Source: a virus. From it: 64,000 nucleotides of DNA. The translations under genes and the position numbers were made by a program. The stretch lies in IMG/VR virus record IMGVR_UViG_3300045988_180412, positions 1,841 to 65,840 of that record; one strand, written 5' to 3'. The stretch's first letter is position 1. Each line of letters starts with the position of its first letter. The notes beneath the pieces were generated by a model. It saw only the letters and a list, made by a program, of their open reading frames with translations, had not been told where the DNA came from and ran no database searches. Positions 8,971 through 18,986 of this stretch are shown here, piece after piece.

Positions 8971-8997
8971 AATACATTGCTTTTTAATCCCCGACTA

Positions 8998-9204
8998 CTA
9001 TTTGTCTTTGCTTGTGTCCGCGCCGCAGTCGTTAGGCTCGGATGTATCGTTGACACCGACATTGTACAACGCCGTATGTATCTCTACCGTCAGCTTGTAC
9101 AGGTCGGTGATATTGTCGTTTATCGTTTCTAACGCATAGGCCATTTGCTCGAAAATATTCCGCGGTCGGCGCTGTTGTTTGTTGTCGTCTGTTTGTGTAC
9201 TCAT
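8998..9204 (-). CDS. hypothetical protein (68 aa)
   Basis: ATG start in a tightly packed gene string. Confidence 0.45.
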   Translation of the reverse strand: MSTQTDDNKQQRRPRNIFEQMAYALETINDNITDLYKLTVEIHTALYNVGVNDTSEPNDCGADTSKDK

Positions 9205-9398
9205 TTGCTTTTCAAGTAGCTGATTAATAAAAAGTTGTCTTTGTATCTCTTTAATGCTTCCGCCAGTTTCTCGGCGGTTATGGCTATGCCTTGCTTACGC
9301 TTTTCATCTACAAACAGATAGAAGTCTTTTGCAAGGTTTTCCGCATTTTCGGCGCTGTCGGCATACACGGGTATGGTTATATTATACTGTTGCATCAT
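9201..9398 (-). CDS. hypothetical protein (65 aa)
   Basis: ATGA-type overlap with its neighbour. Confidence 0.45.
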   Translation of the reverse strand: MMQQYNITIPVYADSAENAENLAKDFYLFVDEKRKQGIAITAEKLAEALKRYKDNFLLISYLKSK

Positions 9399-9738
9399 TC
9401 ATCGGTGTTAGTGGCGGAATATCTTTCGCAGGCGGCGCTATCGGCGTTACGGGCTGCCCCGACCGTGCTTGCCGTATGAAACTCCAAACGTTCATCAAGT
9501 CGTTTTGATTGTCTTTGACCCAACCGAAGATACTGCCTACGGCTTGTTGTGCCTGTTGTATCATTGTCGGCTTCTCTGTCGGAAAATCGGGTAATTCTCC
9601 TACGCCGTCCGCAAGAAAGTCATACAGCTCTTTGGCTCGCTTGACATCTCCGTTTACGGCTTGCAAACAGGACATCTTCATCGCCATTTTGGATGTGGGA
9701 TTTATCATCGTCAAGTCAATCTTTTTGCGGAAAAACAT
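9382..9738 (-). CDS. hypothetical protein (118 aa)
   Basis: ATG start, co-directional. Confidence 0.5.
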   Translation of the reverse strand: MFFRKKIDLTMINPTSKMAMKMSCLQAVNGDVKRAKELYDFLADGVGELPDFPTEKPTMIQQAQQAVGSIFGWVKDNQNDLMNVWSFIRQARSGQPVTPIAPPAKDIPPLTPMNDATV

Positions 9739-9814
9739 GTTTTATGGTGTGTAAATCAAGAGAGCATGGACAAACCTAAAAAAAACGGCCTGCCCATGCA
9801 CTCCTTGTCGTGCT

Positions 9815-10342
9815 TTAACCCTCGCAAGTGCTGTCGCATCCGCATAAGCGGCTACCGCTTACACGCGCAACTCGCAGATAGTTACATCCGCCTATCGCCG
9901 AATTTACCCCGCTGTTGCCGTTCATTGCGTAAGCAAGGGCTTCTGCCGTGGCAAGCGCGTTGGCTGCGGCTGTGCCGCCCGTGCCGAGTGCGCTCGAATT
10001 GTTGCGCAACGTCTGCTGCACATCAACATCGATGCTGTCTCGGCGGTTGGCCTCTCGGCTCACAATATCCGCCAATAGCGAAAGGGTCTTGGAATTGGCT
10101 TCCGACTGATTTTCCGCACCGCGTGCGCGTGCTTTGGAGGCTTGATTGAGACCCCAAAGACCGGCGGCGGCAAGCAATAGCGCACCACCACCCAAACCTG
10201 CGGCAAGACCTACGCCCGTAACGGCTGTGCCGTGGCTGTCGCGACGTCCGCCGTAATACGGCTCACAGAAGTTGCCTGCACGGGATGTCCGCGCGGATTC
10301 CCACATTGCGAGGTCGCCCGAAGTTATGAAATTGTTTTCCAT
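9815..10342 (-). CDS. membrane-anchored Gly/Ala-rich protein with a Cys-rich C-terminus
   Basis: One central transmembrane segment (GVGLAAGLGGGALLLAAAGLWGL). The C-terminus carries CGCDSTC. Confidence 0.5.
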   Translation of the reverse strand: MENNFITSGDLAMWESARTSRAGNFCEPYYGGRRDSHGTAVTGVGLAAGLGGGALLLAAAGLWGLNQASKARARGAENQSEANSKTLSLLADIVSREANRRDSIDVDVQQTLRNNSSALGTGGTAAANALATAEALAYAMNGNSGVNSAIGGCNYLRVARVSGSRLCGCDSTCEG

Positions 10343-10382
10343 AGCGATTTTTTTTAAGTGCGGCCAACATCGACCGACTTCG

Positions 10383-10390
10383 CAAAGGTA
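10383..10390 (-). promoter_or_regulatory. Bacteroidota -7 box (TACCTTTG on minus strand)
   Basis: Matches TAnnTTTG, 41 nt upstream of the ATG at 10342. Confidence 0.4.
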
Positions 10391-10409
10391 GCTATGACTA
10401 AGCCTTATG

Positions 10410-10718
10410 TCAACAGTTCTTTTCTATCCACTTTCGCATTTTATTCCTTACCGCTTCGTAATTACTTCGCATAAGCGTGTTGCCGCGCAAACGCTCCTCA
10501 AAAGTCGTAAGAACATAATGCACGTTCCGCTCGCTTATGCCCATATATTCCGATATGCGCGGCACATAAACCCCTAAGTCATACATGGTCTTGATTGCTA
10601 TATGTCGCGCATCTACCGTCTCGCGAATACGCGATTTGGATGTTATAACCCTTGTGCCGGTCTCTGTCGCCTCTGCCGCCGCTTCCATTACGGCTTCGAT
10701 TATCTCACTACTCGTCAT
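10410..10718 (-). CDS. DnaA domain IV-like HTH protein
   Basis: SKSRIRETVDARHIAIKTMYDLG...ISEYMGISERNVHYVL follows the DnaA C-terminal HTH pattern. Start is taken at the internal ATG at 10718 of ORF 10410..10793. Confidence 0.5.
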   Translation of the reverse strand: MTSSEIIEAVMEAAAEATETGTRVITSKSRIRETVDARHIAIKTMYDLGVYVPRISEYMGISERNVHYVLTTFEERLRGNTLMRSNYEAVRNKMRKWIEKNC

Positions 10719-10857
10719 CGCTGAATTGTTAAAAACGGACGCGGCACAAAACAAATACGCAGCGCCCCGTGTTAAGGATTTACACACACACATAGTCTTA
10801 CGGTATTTATGTGGGTAAACCCTATGACGCGGAACACTGCGTTGTGGGGTTTATTCG

Positions 10858-13800
10858 TTAAAGATTAGCCGCTACCCATTGCTTGGTCGTCTCGTCAAAT
10901 TTATAGATACCCGTGGCATCGACTTTCAGTCCGAAGTTGCCTGCTCGCATAACCAATTTCCCTTCTTTACATAGAAAGGTTGTAGTTCCCCACGTGAAAC
11001 GCACTCCGTCATTGCCTATGTTGTTGCCGGGAGACTCTCCGTAGCGCCCGTAGCCTTTGACGTTCAGCGTCGATGGCGTAAGCTGCTCCGTAAAACTGCT
11101 CGTGGGTATGGTCGCGGCTGTGGTCGCAAGAATTATCGCGTATGTCCCGGCACTGCTTACAACTTCGCTAAACGAACAAGCCGCACGATACGAATCGCCG
11201 TTCTTGGTTAATTGCAACATGCGCTCTTTGTACAACTGACCGTCTCGCGTAATTCGCGCAACGACAGCACCGGACATAATGGTGTCTGGCATCGGGATGT
11301 CAAGGGTTATGGACGCCGAAATGGCCGAACCCGCCGTGAGCGGCTGGTCGCCGACCGCAATAGTCGTAAGCGTTTTATTATCAAGGTATGCTCCATCGGG
11401 CAATGCGATCGACCCCATATCACCTGAGTTTTCCACTCGCTTATATGATATTGATACGGTCTTGGTCTGATTGAGGCTTACACTGCTTTGGCTCTCACTC
11501 GTAACATCGTCCCCGATGCTCTGATTGGTGATACGCAACAGGGTGTCGCCCGTATCGATGTCTTGCAGTTTCAGCCCTTCATCGTCCAGAATGACATTCT
11601 TGCCTACTTCCATAGTGTTCACTCCGAAACGGACGGTGTTATTGGCGGCGTAGGCCGTGCCGTCGGCTCGCACAAGAAATTTGGCCGCATTGGCCGATGC
11701 CGTGGGCTTGGCGGCATCTTCCATGACACCGCCTGCCCATAGCATAACGGCGCCGCCGCCGCCCCAAAGTCCGTTTATGCCTGCCCTGACGGTATAACCG
11801 CTTGTCGTCTTTTCGCCGACTTGTATCAAGGATGACAGTACCAAACCGCCGCTTACCGTTGTGCTTTGTCCTAACGCCTTGGTGATATAGTCCATATCGG
11901 TTACGCGGTCGGCACTGTCATGATTGTTGGGGCACCACGCTGTCGCTTTCTTGCCTTTTTCTATCTTGGGCTGCGAGATGTACACCGTGCCGTTGCGCTG
12001 TAAGTATATTCGCATAAACGCCCATTTGCCGGTCTCGGCGACCGTAAAGGTTCGCTCTATTCTTACCCATTGACCTGCCGTAAGGTTGGGCTTGATTTGC
12101 ACAGTGGTCGAATTGGCTACATTATAGTCTGATGTCGAACTGCCTATTACCATATTAACGGCATAATCAAGCGCGGACAGGTCATCACAACGCACATACA
12201 CGCTTGCGGTATATTGTTCGCCGGGCGTTATAAGCAATGTGTCGGGCGTATACCACCCCCATTGCACCATGCCGTAATATTTATCGGACGTGTTTCCGCT
12301 CGCGCTGAGTTTTACACTGTTGTATCCGTTGTGCTTGTATGCCTTATCGGTTATTACGGTCGCAATATTGCCGTTACTCGTCCAGCCTTTGCTGCCGCCC
12401 TCAAAGGCGCTGTTATACAGCATGTTCTCGCCTACATACGGCGCGTTGTCATAGACATACTCGCCTATGCTTTGATTGCCGACTTTGCTCGTTACTTCAA
12501 GTGTGCAGTTGGTCGTTATCTTGCCGTCCAGCATCTCTAAGTATTGGTCGCCTTTATCGCCTATGAAGAAACGCGGCTTGCCGCCGTAAACACCCGTTTG
12601 CCGTCCGACATAGTAATACTCGTCCCCTGCCGCATCAACGCTGTCAAGACCCTCTATATAGCGCTCATAGCCGCCGCCGATAACGTCTCGAACTTTGACG
12701 TATTGACGCTCGGCATTGGTGTAGTTGCCGTATTGTACAAGTGTGTCGCCCGCACTCGGAATGCCCGTGCCGTTGGTGATTGTCCCCGATAGGGTCAGAT
12801 TGTCCAACCCTACGGCTGTCACTTTGCGCTTGTAGGTCTTTATGGTCTTATTCTGAGCATCATAGCGCGTGCAATAGGCTACATCGCCAACCTCAAAAAG
12901 ATTGGCTACACTGCCGCTTCGCTGGTCAAAATAGCATATGTAATCGCTGCCGCTCTTGACCACGGAGTATACTTCCATATTGGCCGCACTTTCTATGATT
13001 GTACCACCACGCGCCGTTATTTGGTTGATAACGAGTGTGTTAACCTTTAATTCTCGCCGCGTTACAATATTGTCGGCCTCTAAAACCCATTCGCCGTTGG
13101 CGTTTTTATAAAAACCCCAGCCCGTGCCGTCAACGTTGCCCTTGCGAAAGTCGTCGCTCGTAAGCAAGGAGGCAAATTGTGTCGGCGATATACTTATGTC
13201 GCGTACACCGTCTTTACGCAGATATAGCTTATCGCCAATGGCGCGTACTATCTGCTCGGTGTTGCCTAACGACCCTAAACGCTTCTGTATTTCTTCTACG
13301 CTGTCGCTTAGCAAGGCGACACTGCTTGCCGAAGTCTCGTATTTATCGCTCAACACAATCTCTAAATCGGGCAACGGACTGCCGTCAACGTTAAAGGTCT
13401 TGGTGATGCTCTGTATGTACAGCGTCTCATACGACTTGTCGATTATCAGCTTGGGGTCGCGCAATCTAACGGTACAACCCTCGCGTATCTGCTCGAAAAG
13501 GGTGTATTCTCCTAAGCCCTCATCGTTCATGCGTACTTTGTCGGTCGTTACAACCCATGTCGGCTTGATATTGGCCGTGTCTTTGAGCTTTTCTTCTTTG
13601 TATTGTCGTAAGCGCTTTTCTGCCCATAGGGTATAGTCGTGCGTCATCTCCGTGCCGATAAACACAAAGTGGTCGCCTGCCTTGCCTTGCTGTTTTGTGT
13701 TCGGAACGTACATCCCCGTACTCTCTAAGTCTGCATCACTCTTGGCCAGCGTTATGCGCCAATGACTCGATACGCCGTTTAGGGTCTTACTCGTGTCGTA

Positions 13801-15639
13801 AACGGGGTATTGGGTGATTACAAATTCATAGTCATCACTGATGGCCAGCCGCCCGTCCGTAAACATCATCTTGGCTTCGCCGCCAGTCCTATCGCCTAAT
13901 ATCGGCTTCCAAACTCGCTCGGAGTATTGCTCGGGCGTTTCTTTCGCGTTCTTGGCGCTGCCCCAAATGTTCTTAACCCATACGTCAAAGGTGTTGCCCC
14001 AACCGTTATCGGCATCGTCGGCTATGGTGAGCTGTCCGCTCGTAATACCGACATCTACGGTTATGGCCTTGTCTTTAACCAACGAGGTTACGGACACGGT
14101 ACATTCATAGTACCACTCGCCTGCAGTCAATCCGCCTGCGCTATGCTCTGCACCGCCACCTGCGGGATAACACTTTATTACATAGTTTGTTATCTGTGCG
14201 CTCTTGGCAATGTTAAGGTCGGCGGCGGTGTCATCCCAATCTCTTAGTAACGCGAACATTGTCGAGTCTCTTACTCGCACTATCTTGGGCGAAATATCCA
14301 AATTGGCGGTCTTGCCCTGCGGTACGCTAAATGTGCCGTTGCTGCGTATAATGACGCTCTTGGTCGCTGTGGCGGGCAGGTCGCTTAGGGTTACGCTTTT
14401 GGGGTCGCTTAGGTTTACAAGCTGCGCCTCGCCTTTGGCGGAGGCCTTGTAGTCATCTGTCGTTACTTGCTCGATGTAGACGGCTTCGTCTATGCGCCCG
14501 TAAGGATCTACAATTATTCCTTGTATGGTCGGGTATATGCCGGTGGCGTTTTCTAACCCGTGCCACAGCTCTCCGTATTTTTCTATGCTTTCATCGTCTT
14601 TGACGTATTCCACGGGGTCGAATTTGGTGTCTGTATGGCCTTTCTTGTATGCCCAATCACTCTCGCCGCGCGTTGCGTCATAAGTCTCTACGGATATGGC
14701 TTTTTTTGTACTCTTGTCGATTATGGCTTTGCCGTTTAGGTCGGTCAGCTGTCTGTTCGCATTGGTTTTCCAGCCTTGTACGTAACAACGGAAGTTGTAA
14801 TCCCTTAGCGCGTCAAAGTATATATTGGCCAATTCGGGTATCCAATCGGGGTCGGGACGGAAGTCGGGGTTGTTTTCGTCGATGTCCTTAAAGTATCTAA
14901 ACGGCAGATTTTCTTCGCCGCCACGACCTAAAAGAATGTTGTATAATCCGTCATCCTGCACTTGCCGCTCGATTTTCAGCAGGCCGCCGTCAAAACCGTA
15001 TTGGAAAATATGGTCTAATTCGGTGGCGGCATAGCCTATCTTAATGACATACCGCTCGCCGCTCGGCTTATGATTGTTGTTGTCGCTTGCAGCTTCTATC
15101 GTCCAACGCACTCCGTAAAGTTCGTATATCTTGGTGATTACATCCCATATATGCGAGTAACTGATGTTTACGGTTACGGCATCCGTATGACTCGCCGCCG
15201 CACTTGCGTCTAATTTTACCTTAATCTTTTCGCCGAAGTTGCGCTGTAAGACTTGCCCGAGCAAGTCGGCGAAGTCTTTAAGGTTTAGCGATACGGGAAC
15301 AATGTATTTGTCTGCAACGGCTGTCCCCGTATCGGTGGGCTGTATGGTCGTGAAATATTTATTTTTCAATTGGTATATAGCCCAATGCTGAAATGTCATC
15401 TCGCCCGAGACGTCAAACGAGGTGTTCCCTTTGCTTACCCCGGGTTCTTTTAACGGCATAATATATTTCTCGCCGCGATATTCCAACACCCAGTCATACG
15501 GCGCTATCAACTCGTCTGATTGATACTCGATTTGCGCCGTTGCGGTTATGGTCTTTTCGCCCATATCCACACAGCTCGCCTTGACCTCGCCTCTAAGCAC
15601 AATGTCCGAAGGCAACAGTAATATCTTGACTTGTTCCAT
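10858..15639 (-). CDS. tail tip / Tal-like protein with receptor-binding extension (1593 aa)
   Basis: Lies immediately downstream of Dit. Size and N-terminal domain are typical of siphovirus Tal. An internal segment (NMLYNSAFEGGSKGWTSNG...) resembles a CBM4/9-type sugar-binding module. Confidence 0.8.
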   Translation of the reverse strand: MEQVKILLLPSDIVLRGEVKASCVDMGEKTITATAQIEYQSDELIAPYDWVLEYRGEKYIMPLKEPGVSKGNTSFDVSGEMTFQHWAIYQLKNKYFTTIQPTDTGTAVADKYIVPVSLNLKDFADLLGQVLQRNFGEKIKVKLDASAAASHTDAVTVNISYSHIWDVITKIYELYGVRWTIEAASDNNNHKPSGERYVIKIGYAATELDHIFQYGFDGGLLKIERQVQDDGLYNILLGRGGEENLPFRYFKDIDENNPDFRPDPDWIPELANIYFDALRDYNFRCYVQGWKTNANRQLTDLNGKAIIDKSTKKAISVETYDATRGESDWAYKKGHTDTKFDPVEYVKDDESIEKYGELWHGLENATGIYPTIQGIIVDPYGRIDEAVYIEQVTTDDYKASAKGEAQLVNLSDPKSVTLSDLPATATKSVIIRSNGTFSVPQGKTANLDISPKIVRVRDSTMFALLRDWDDTAADLNIAKSAQITNYVIKCYPAGGGAEHSAGGLTAGEWYYECTVSVTSLVKDKAITVDVGITSGQLTIADDADNGWGNTFDVWVKNIWGSAKNAKETPEQYSERVWKPILGDRTGGEAKMMFTDGRLAISDDYEFVITQYPVYDTSKTLNGVSSHWRITLAKSDADLESTGMYVPNTKQQGKAGDHFVFIGTEMTHDYTLWAEKRLRQYKEEKLKDTANIKPTWVVTTDKVRMNDEGLGEYTLFEQIREGCTVRLRDPKLIIDKSYETLYIQSITKTFNVDGSPLPDLEIVLSDKYETSASSVALLSDSVEEIQKRLGSLGNTEQIVRAIGDKLYLRKDGVRDISISPTQFASLLTSDDFRKGNVDGTGWGFYKNANGEWVLEADNIVTRRELKVNTLVINQITARGGTIIESAANMEVYSVVKSGSDYICYFDQRSGSVANLFEVGDVAYCTRYDAQNKTIKTYKRKVTAVGLDNLTLSGTITNGTGIPSAGDTLVQYGNYTNAERQYVKVRDVIGGGYERYIEGLDSVDAAGDEYYYVGRQTGVYGGKPRFFIGDKGDQYLEMLDGKITTNCTLEVTSKVGNQSIGEYVYDNAPYVGENMLYNSAFEGGSKGWTSNGNIATVITDKAYKHNGYNSVKLSASGNTSDKYYGMVQWGWYTPDTLLITPGEQYTASVYVRCDDLSALDYAVNMVIGSSTSDYNVANSTTVQIKPNLTAGQWVRIERTFTVAETGKWAFMRIYLQRNGTVYISQPKIEKGKKATAWCPNNHDSADRVTDMDYITKALGQSTTVSGGLVLSSLIQVGEKTTSGYTVRAGINGLWGGGGAVMLWAGGVMEDAAKPTASANAAKFLVRADGTAYAANNTVRFGVNTMEVGKNVILDDEGLKLQDIDTGDTLLRITNQSIGDDVTSESQSSVSLNQTKTVSISYKRVENSGDMGSIALPDGAYLDNKTLTTIAVGDQPLTAGSAISASITLDIPMPDTIMSGAVVARITRDGQLYKERMLQLTKNGDSYRAACSFSEVVSSAGTYAIILATTAATIPTSSFTEQLTPSTLNVKGYGRYGESPGNNIGNDGVRFTWGTTTFLCKEGKLVMRAGNFGLKVDATGIYKFDETTKQWVAANL

Positions 15640-17141
15640 TATTTGGCTCGCTTAAATACCACGTTTGAATTTGTCCCCTCGCGGAGATTGAATATCATAA
15701 ATTCCATCTTGCCCTCGGCTATATAACTGGTGTATGACATAGTCATGGGGACATCATTCTCCGCAGCCTGATAATCTGTAACTTTACCCGTTTCGTCTTT
15801 TTGCACCCAGTACGGTGCATTTCCGTAAGCCCGCGTTGTGCCGCTTACGCTGTCACCCCTGCGCAACGGAATGGTTACGTAGCGCAGATAATCGTGCGCC
15901 GCAACATTGCCGTTGGACGCCATAACGCCTATCGTGCCGTTAACCGTCTCAAAACGCACCTCATCGGCATTGTGCTTCACCACAGCGTAACATCCGTCTT
16001 TGCCCTCACGGACATTAAACGTGAAGTACACCGTGTCGTCATACTCGGATATGTATACAAACGGCTCAAACGCATCTCCACGCGGCTGTTTGTAAGCCAG
16101 CGCCTTGCCGCTCGCGTCCGTAACCACCCAGTGCGGTGCATTTCCGTAAGCCCGCGTTGTGCCGCTTACGCTGTCACCCCTGCGCAACGGAATGGTTACG
16201 TAGCGCAGATAATCGTGCGCCGCAACATTGCCGTTGGACGCCATAACGCCTATCGTGCCGTTAACCGTCTCAAAACGCACCTCATCGGCATTGTGCTTCA
16301 CCACAGCGTAACATCCGTCTTTGCCCTCACGGACATTAAACGTGAAGTACACCGTGTCGTCATACTCGGATATGTATACAAACGGCTCAAACGCATCTCC
16401 ACGCGGCTGTTTGTAAGCCAGCGCCTTGCCGCTCGCGTCCGTAACCACCCAGTGCGGTGCATTTCCGTAAGCCCGCGTTGTGCCGCTTACGCTGTCGCCC
16501 TTGCGCAACGGAATGGTTATATGTCGCAAATTGGGATGGCTATAAATTTTGCCTAATGTCGTGCCGTCTGGCAATACAGCGGGCAGGGTTTGGGTCGTCA
16601 ACGCCACCGCACCACTCTCTGCATCGGTGGTGTTGTATAGTACCTCGGGCATCCCGTCTGTGTTCCGCTCTGTTGCCCATACACATTCTTTTGGATTGGC
16701 TACGTGTATCGTCAACTCAAACGCTATCCAGTCGCTTCCGCCGTAACTGCCTGTATGATACACTTCTGTCGGCTCGCTTACGGGCTTGGGATAACCCACA
16801 ATCTTTACTCTGTTGAGGTCGTTGTATAGCGTTACTTTTTGAGCATATAGCATACCGCCCTGACCGCGATTGAATAGCAATTTATTGAAGTCGTCTATCT
16901 TATTGTTGACGCTCTTGAAGTTGCCGTTGGGAGCTTCTACAAGGAATTTTACCTTGTAGTCAAAAGGAACCTCTATCGTGCGCGTGTCGATAAATTCTAC
17001 GCTGTCCTCAACGTATTTGGTCGTGGTGTAATCTTGTATGTCGGGCGCTGTCCGCTCATCGGCATCCAAATACACAAAACCGTATTTGTCGTAGGCATCG
17101 TATATCTCTCCTTTACCTATCTGTATCCTTGCCCTAATCAT
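15639..17141 (-). CDS. distal tail protein (Dit) with three tandem 107-aa insert domains
   Basis: Position is between the tape measure/lysis cassette and Tal. The N-terminal 150 aa are Dit-like, followed by a triplicated domain. Confidence 0.7.
   Translation of the reverse strand: MIRARIQIGKGEIYDAYDKYGFVYLDADERTAPDIQDYTTTKYVEDSVEFIDTRTIEVPFDYKVKFLVEAPNGNFKSVNNKIDDFNKLLFNRGQGGMLYAQKVTLYNDLNRVKIVGYPKPVSEPTEVYHTGSYGGSDWIAFELTIHVANPKECVWATERNTDGMPEVLYNTTDAESGAVALTTQTLPAVLPDGTTLGKIYSHPNLRHITIPLRKGDSVSGTTRAYGNAPHWVVTDASGKALAYKQPRGDAFEPFVYISEYDDTVYFTFNVREGKDGCYAVVKHNADEVRFETVNGTIGVMASNGNVAAHDYLRYVTIPLRRGDSVSGTTRAYGNAPHWVVTDASGKALAYKQPRGDAFEPFVYISEYDDTVYFTFNVREGKDGCYAVVKHNADEVRFETVNGTIGVMASNGNVAAHDYLRYVTIPLRRGDSVSGTTRAYGNAPYWVQKDETGKVTDYQAAENDVPMTMSYTSYIAEGKMEFMIFNLREGTNSNVVFKRAK
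15813..16520. repeat. 321-bp tandem repeat, 2 identical copies plus about 0.2 copy
   Basis: 15813-16130 is identical by eye to 16134-16451. The repeat continues about 65 nt into a third copy before diverging. Confidence 0.9.
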
Positions 17142-17617
17142 TGCTCTTGTGCCTTATCCTTATATGGTGTATACTTCAATGCCACTTTCTGCGGCGGTTG
17201 ACGACGCACACATTCTTCTCGGCTTGTTCCGAACTCGCGCTGACAATGCCACATCTTGTAAAAGTCTCGCTCTTGCTTTAATTCGCCTATCTCGTTGGCG
17301 TCTTTCAAGCGCTCGTTCTGTAACGTGTTCATGGCTTCTTGCAGCTTGCGGATGGCCTGTGTCTTGTCCTCGATAATATCTTCTTTGCGTGCGGCAAGTT
17401 TTATCTGTGCTTCAAGCTGCGCATTGAGTATGTCTATACTCTTGTGCGTGGCTTCTATGCGCTTTTCGTACAAGTCCCATTGGACGGCATCGGCCTCGGC
17501 ATTGGCTTTGTCGGCCTCGGCGTCTTTGATGCGTTTGTTCGCTCCGCGATATAACATCCAACTCAATAGTGTTGAACATCCTAAAATCGCACTTAATATA
17601 CCTAAAATCGTTTCCAT
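17138..17617 (-). CDS. N-terminally anchored coiled-coil protein (i-spanin- or holin-associated candidate)
   Basis: N-terminal transmembrane segment (ILGILSAILGCSTLLSWML) followed by a long heptad-rich helix. Confidence 0.5.
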   Translation of the reverse strand: METILGILSAILGCSTLLSWMLYRGANKRIKDAEADKANAEADAVQWDLYEKRIEATHKSIDILNAQLEAQIKLAARKEDIIEDKTQAIRKLQEAMNTLQNERLKDANEIGELKQERDFYKMWHCQREFGTSREECVRRQPPQKVALKYTPYKDKAQEQ

Positions 17618-17621
17618 TCAG

Positions 17622-18095
17622 CTATCTTGTATCGCGGTCAATCCGTTTGTAAGTCGCGTACTCGCCGTCATCGGCCTCGACTCGCGCATCATAAATATAC
17701 AACGGTACACATATCGGATTGCCGATATTGCGCCGCTGGTCGCATTTTACTCTCATTTTACTGCCGTTGCCGAAGTATAGCATCGGTATCACGCATTTAT
17801 CATAGTCCATGGCTACTCGTACCCAACCTTTGCAGTTGTGAAATACGTAAACATCGCCGCTTAGCGTCTCGCCGCGAAAGGTCTTGCCTACATATATGCC
17901 GCTGTCTCCGCAGTCCGAAAAGTATTCTTCTATGACCGAAAGGTCGGGATAGTGGTGTTCTAAACACCAGTCAACCATGACTTTATAATACTCTAACAGC
18001 GCATTGCGGTCTAAGCTGCCGAGACGCCCGTAACCGTCGACACACACTCCGCGCTCTCTCGCTTGGCGTATCAATATGTCTCTCAATTCGCTCAT
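17622..18095 (-). CDS. hypothetical protein (157 aa)
   Basis: ATG start in the packed gene string between the spanin-like genes. Confidence 0.5.
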   Translation of the reverse strand: MSELRDILIRQARERGVCVDGYGRLGSLDRNALLEYYKVMVDWCLEHHYPDLSVIEEYFSDCGDSGIYVGKTFRGETLSGDVYVFHNCKGWVRVAMDYDKCVIPMLYFGNGSKMRVKCDQRRNIGNPICVPLYIYDARVEADDGEYATYKRIDRDTR

Positions 18096-18526
18096 TTCTT
18101 GAATTTTTTAACAAGCCACCAAACTGCCGCACATAGTAATACAAAGGATACGCCCATAGCTATTCCGCCGACATCCATCTTGGCTTTCTCCCATCGGCTT
18201 AGCTTGCGCTCGACAGGCACAATCTTGCTTATGGTGTCGGTCTTTATGCTTATAAGGGTGTCTGTCTGATGTACTACCTTGATGCGCTCTTTCTCGCGAT
18301 AGTCTATTATGGTATCACCCTTGACGTACACAAAACGAGTGTTGTTTACCGTGTCTGTATGCAATTCTTTGACTATGCGGTCTTTGTACTCGGTGCGAAC
18401 ACTCTCGACAGGCACGTATTCTATCTTTGTCTTGCATCCCGACAGCAACGCCGCAAGCCCGGCAATGGCTAAGGCGTACACTGCCGTAAGTAGCAAACAT
18501 CCTATTCTCGCAAATCTATCTTTCAT
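18092..18526 (-). CDS. lipoprotein with C-terminal transmembrane segment (unimolecular spanin candidate)
   Basis: Signal peptide with lipobox LSGC, plus a C-terminal transmembrane segment GIAMGVSFVLLCAAVWWLV followed by KKFKK. This is the same architecture as phage T1 gp11. Confidence 0.5.
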   Translation of the reverse strand: MKDRFARIGCLLLTAVYALAIAGLAALLSGCKTKIEYVPVESVRTEYKDRIVKELHTDTVNNTRFVYVKGDTIIDYREKERIKVVHQTDTLISIKTDTISKIVPVERKLSRWEKAKMDVGGIAMGVSFVLLCAAVWWLVKKFKK

Positions 18527-18951
18527 AGGTCTTTATATTCGGTTTTTGCATCAAAACTCGGGCAGGCTTTGTTCGCAAAGTCACGGTGCCCGTATATCTT
18601 GGCTTGGGGGTATTTCCGCCGCAGTTGCTTCAAAAGCGTCAGCAACGCGGCTTTTTGCTGCGGCGTGCGATTGTCAACGGGCGGCAACCCTTTTTTACTT
18701 GTGTCAACGCCGCCTACGTAGCATACGTTTATGGCGCGTTGGTTCTGCCCGTAACAGCCGTTGCTCACTTGTGCCTCGTCTACGGTGTTTACTGTTTTGC
18801 CATCGGCTTCAATAATGTAATGATACCCCGCAACGCGCCAGCCGCGTCCGCCAAGGCTTACGGGACGCAGGTGGTAAGCCACTATGTCCCGAGCCTTGGC
18901 GGATTGACCGCTTGCGCTGCAATGCACGATAATCTTGTCTATGCTTCGCAT
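18523..18951 (-). CDS. N-acetylmuramoyl-L-alanine amidase (Amidase_2/PGRP fold endolysin)
   Basis: Motifs IIVHCSAS, GYHYII, CYVGG, GHRDF and KACPSFD are present. Confidence 0.85.
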   Translation of the reverse strand: MRSIDKIIVHCSASGQSAKARDIVAYHLRPVSLGGRGWRVAGYHYIIEADGKTVNTVDEAQVSNGCYGQNQRAINVCYVGGVDTSKKGLPPVDNRTPQQKAALLTLLKQLRRKYPQAKIYGHRDFANKACPSFDAKTEYKDL

Positions 18952-18986
18952 TTGCTTATAACCGTTTTAGTGTGTTTTTCCTTTCG

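Noticed and set aside
15801-16556. 251-aa plus-strand ORF with internal repeats
   Set aside because: It is a shadow of the 321-bp Dit repeats on the non-coding strand.
15639-17141. RGD tripeptides (two per Dit repeat) as an integrin-type adhesion motif
   Set aside because: A tripeptide is too short to be meaningful, and a bacterial host offers no integrin rationale.
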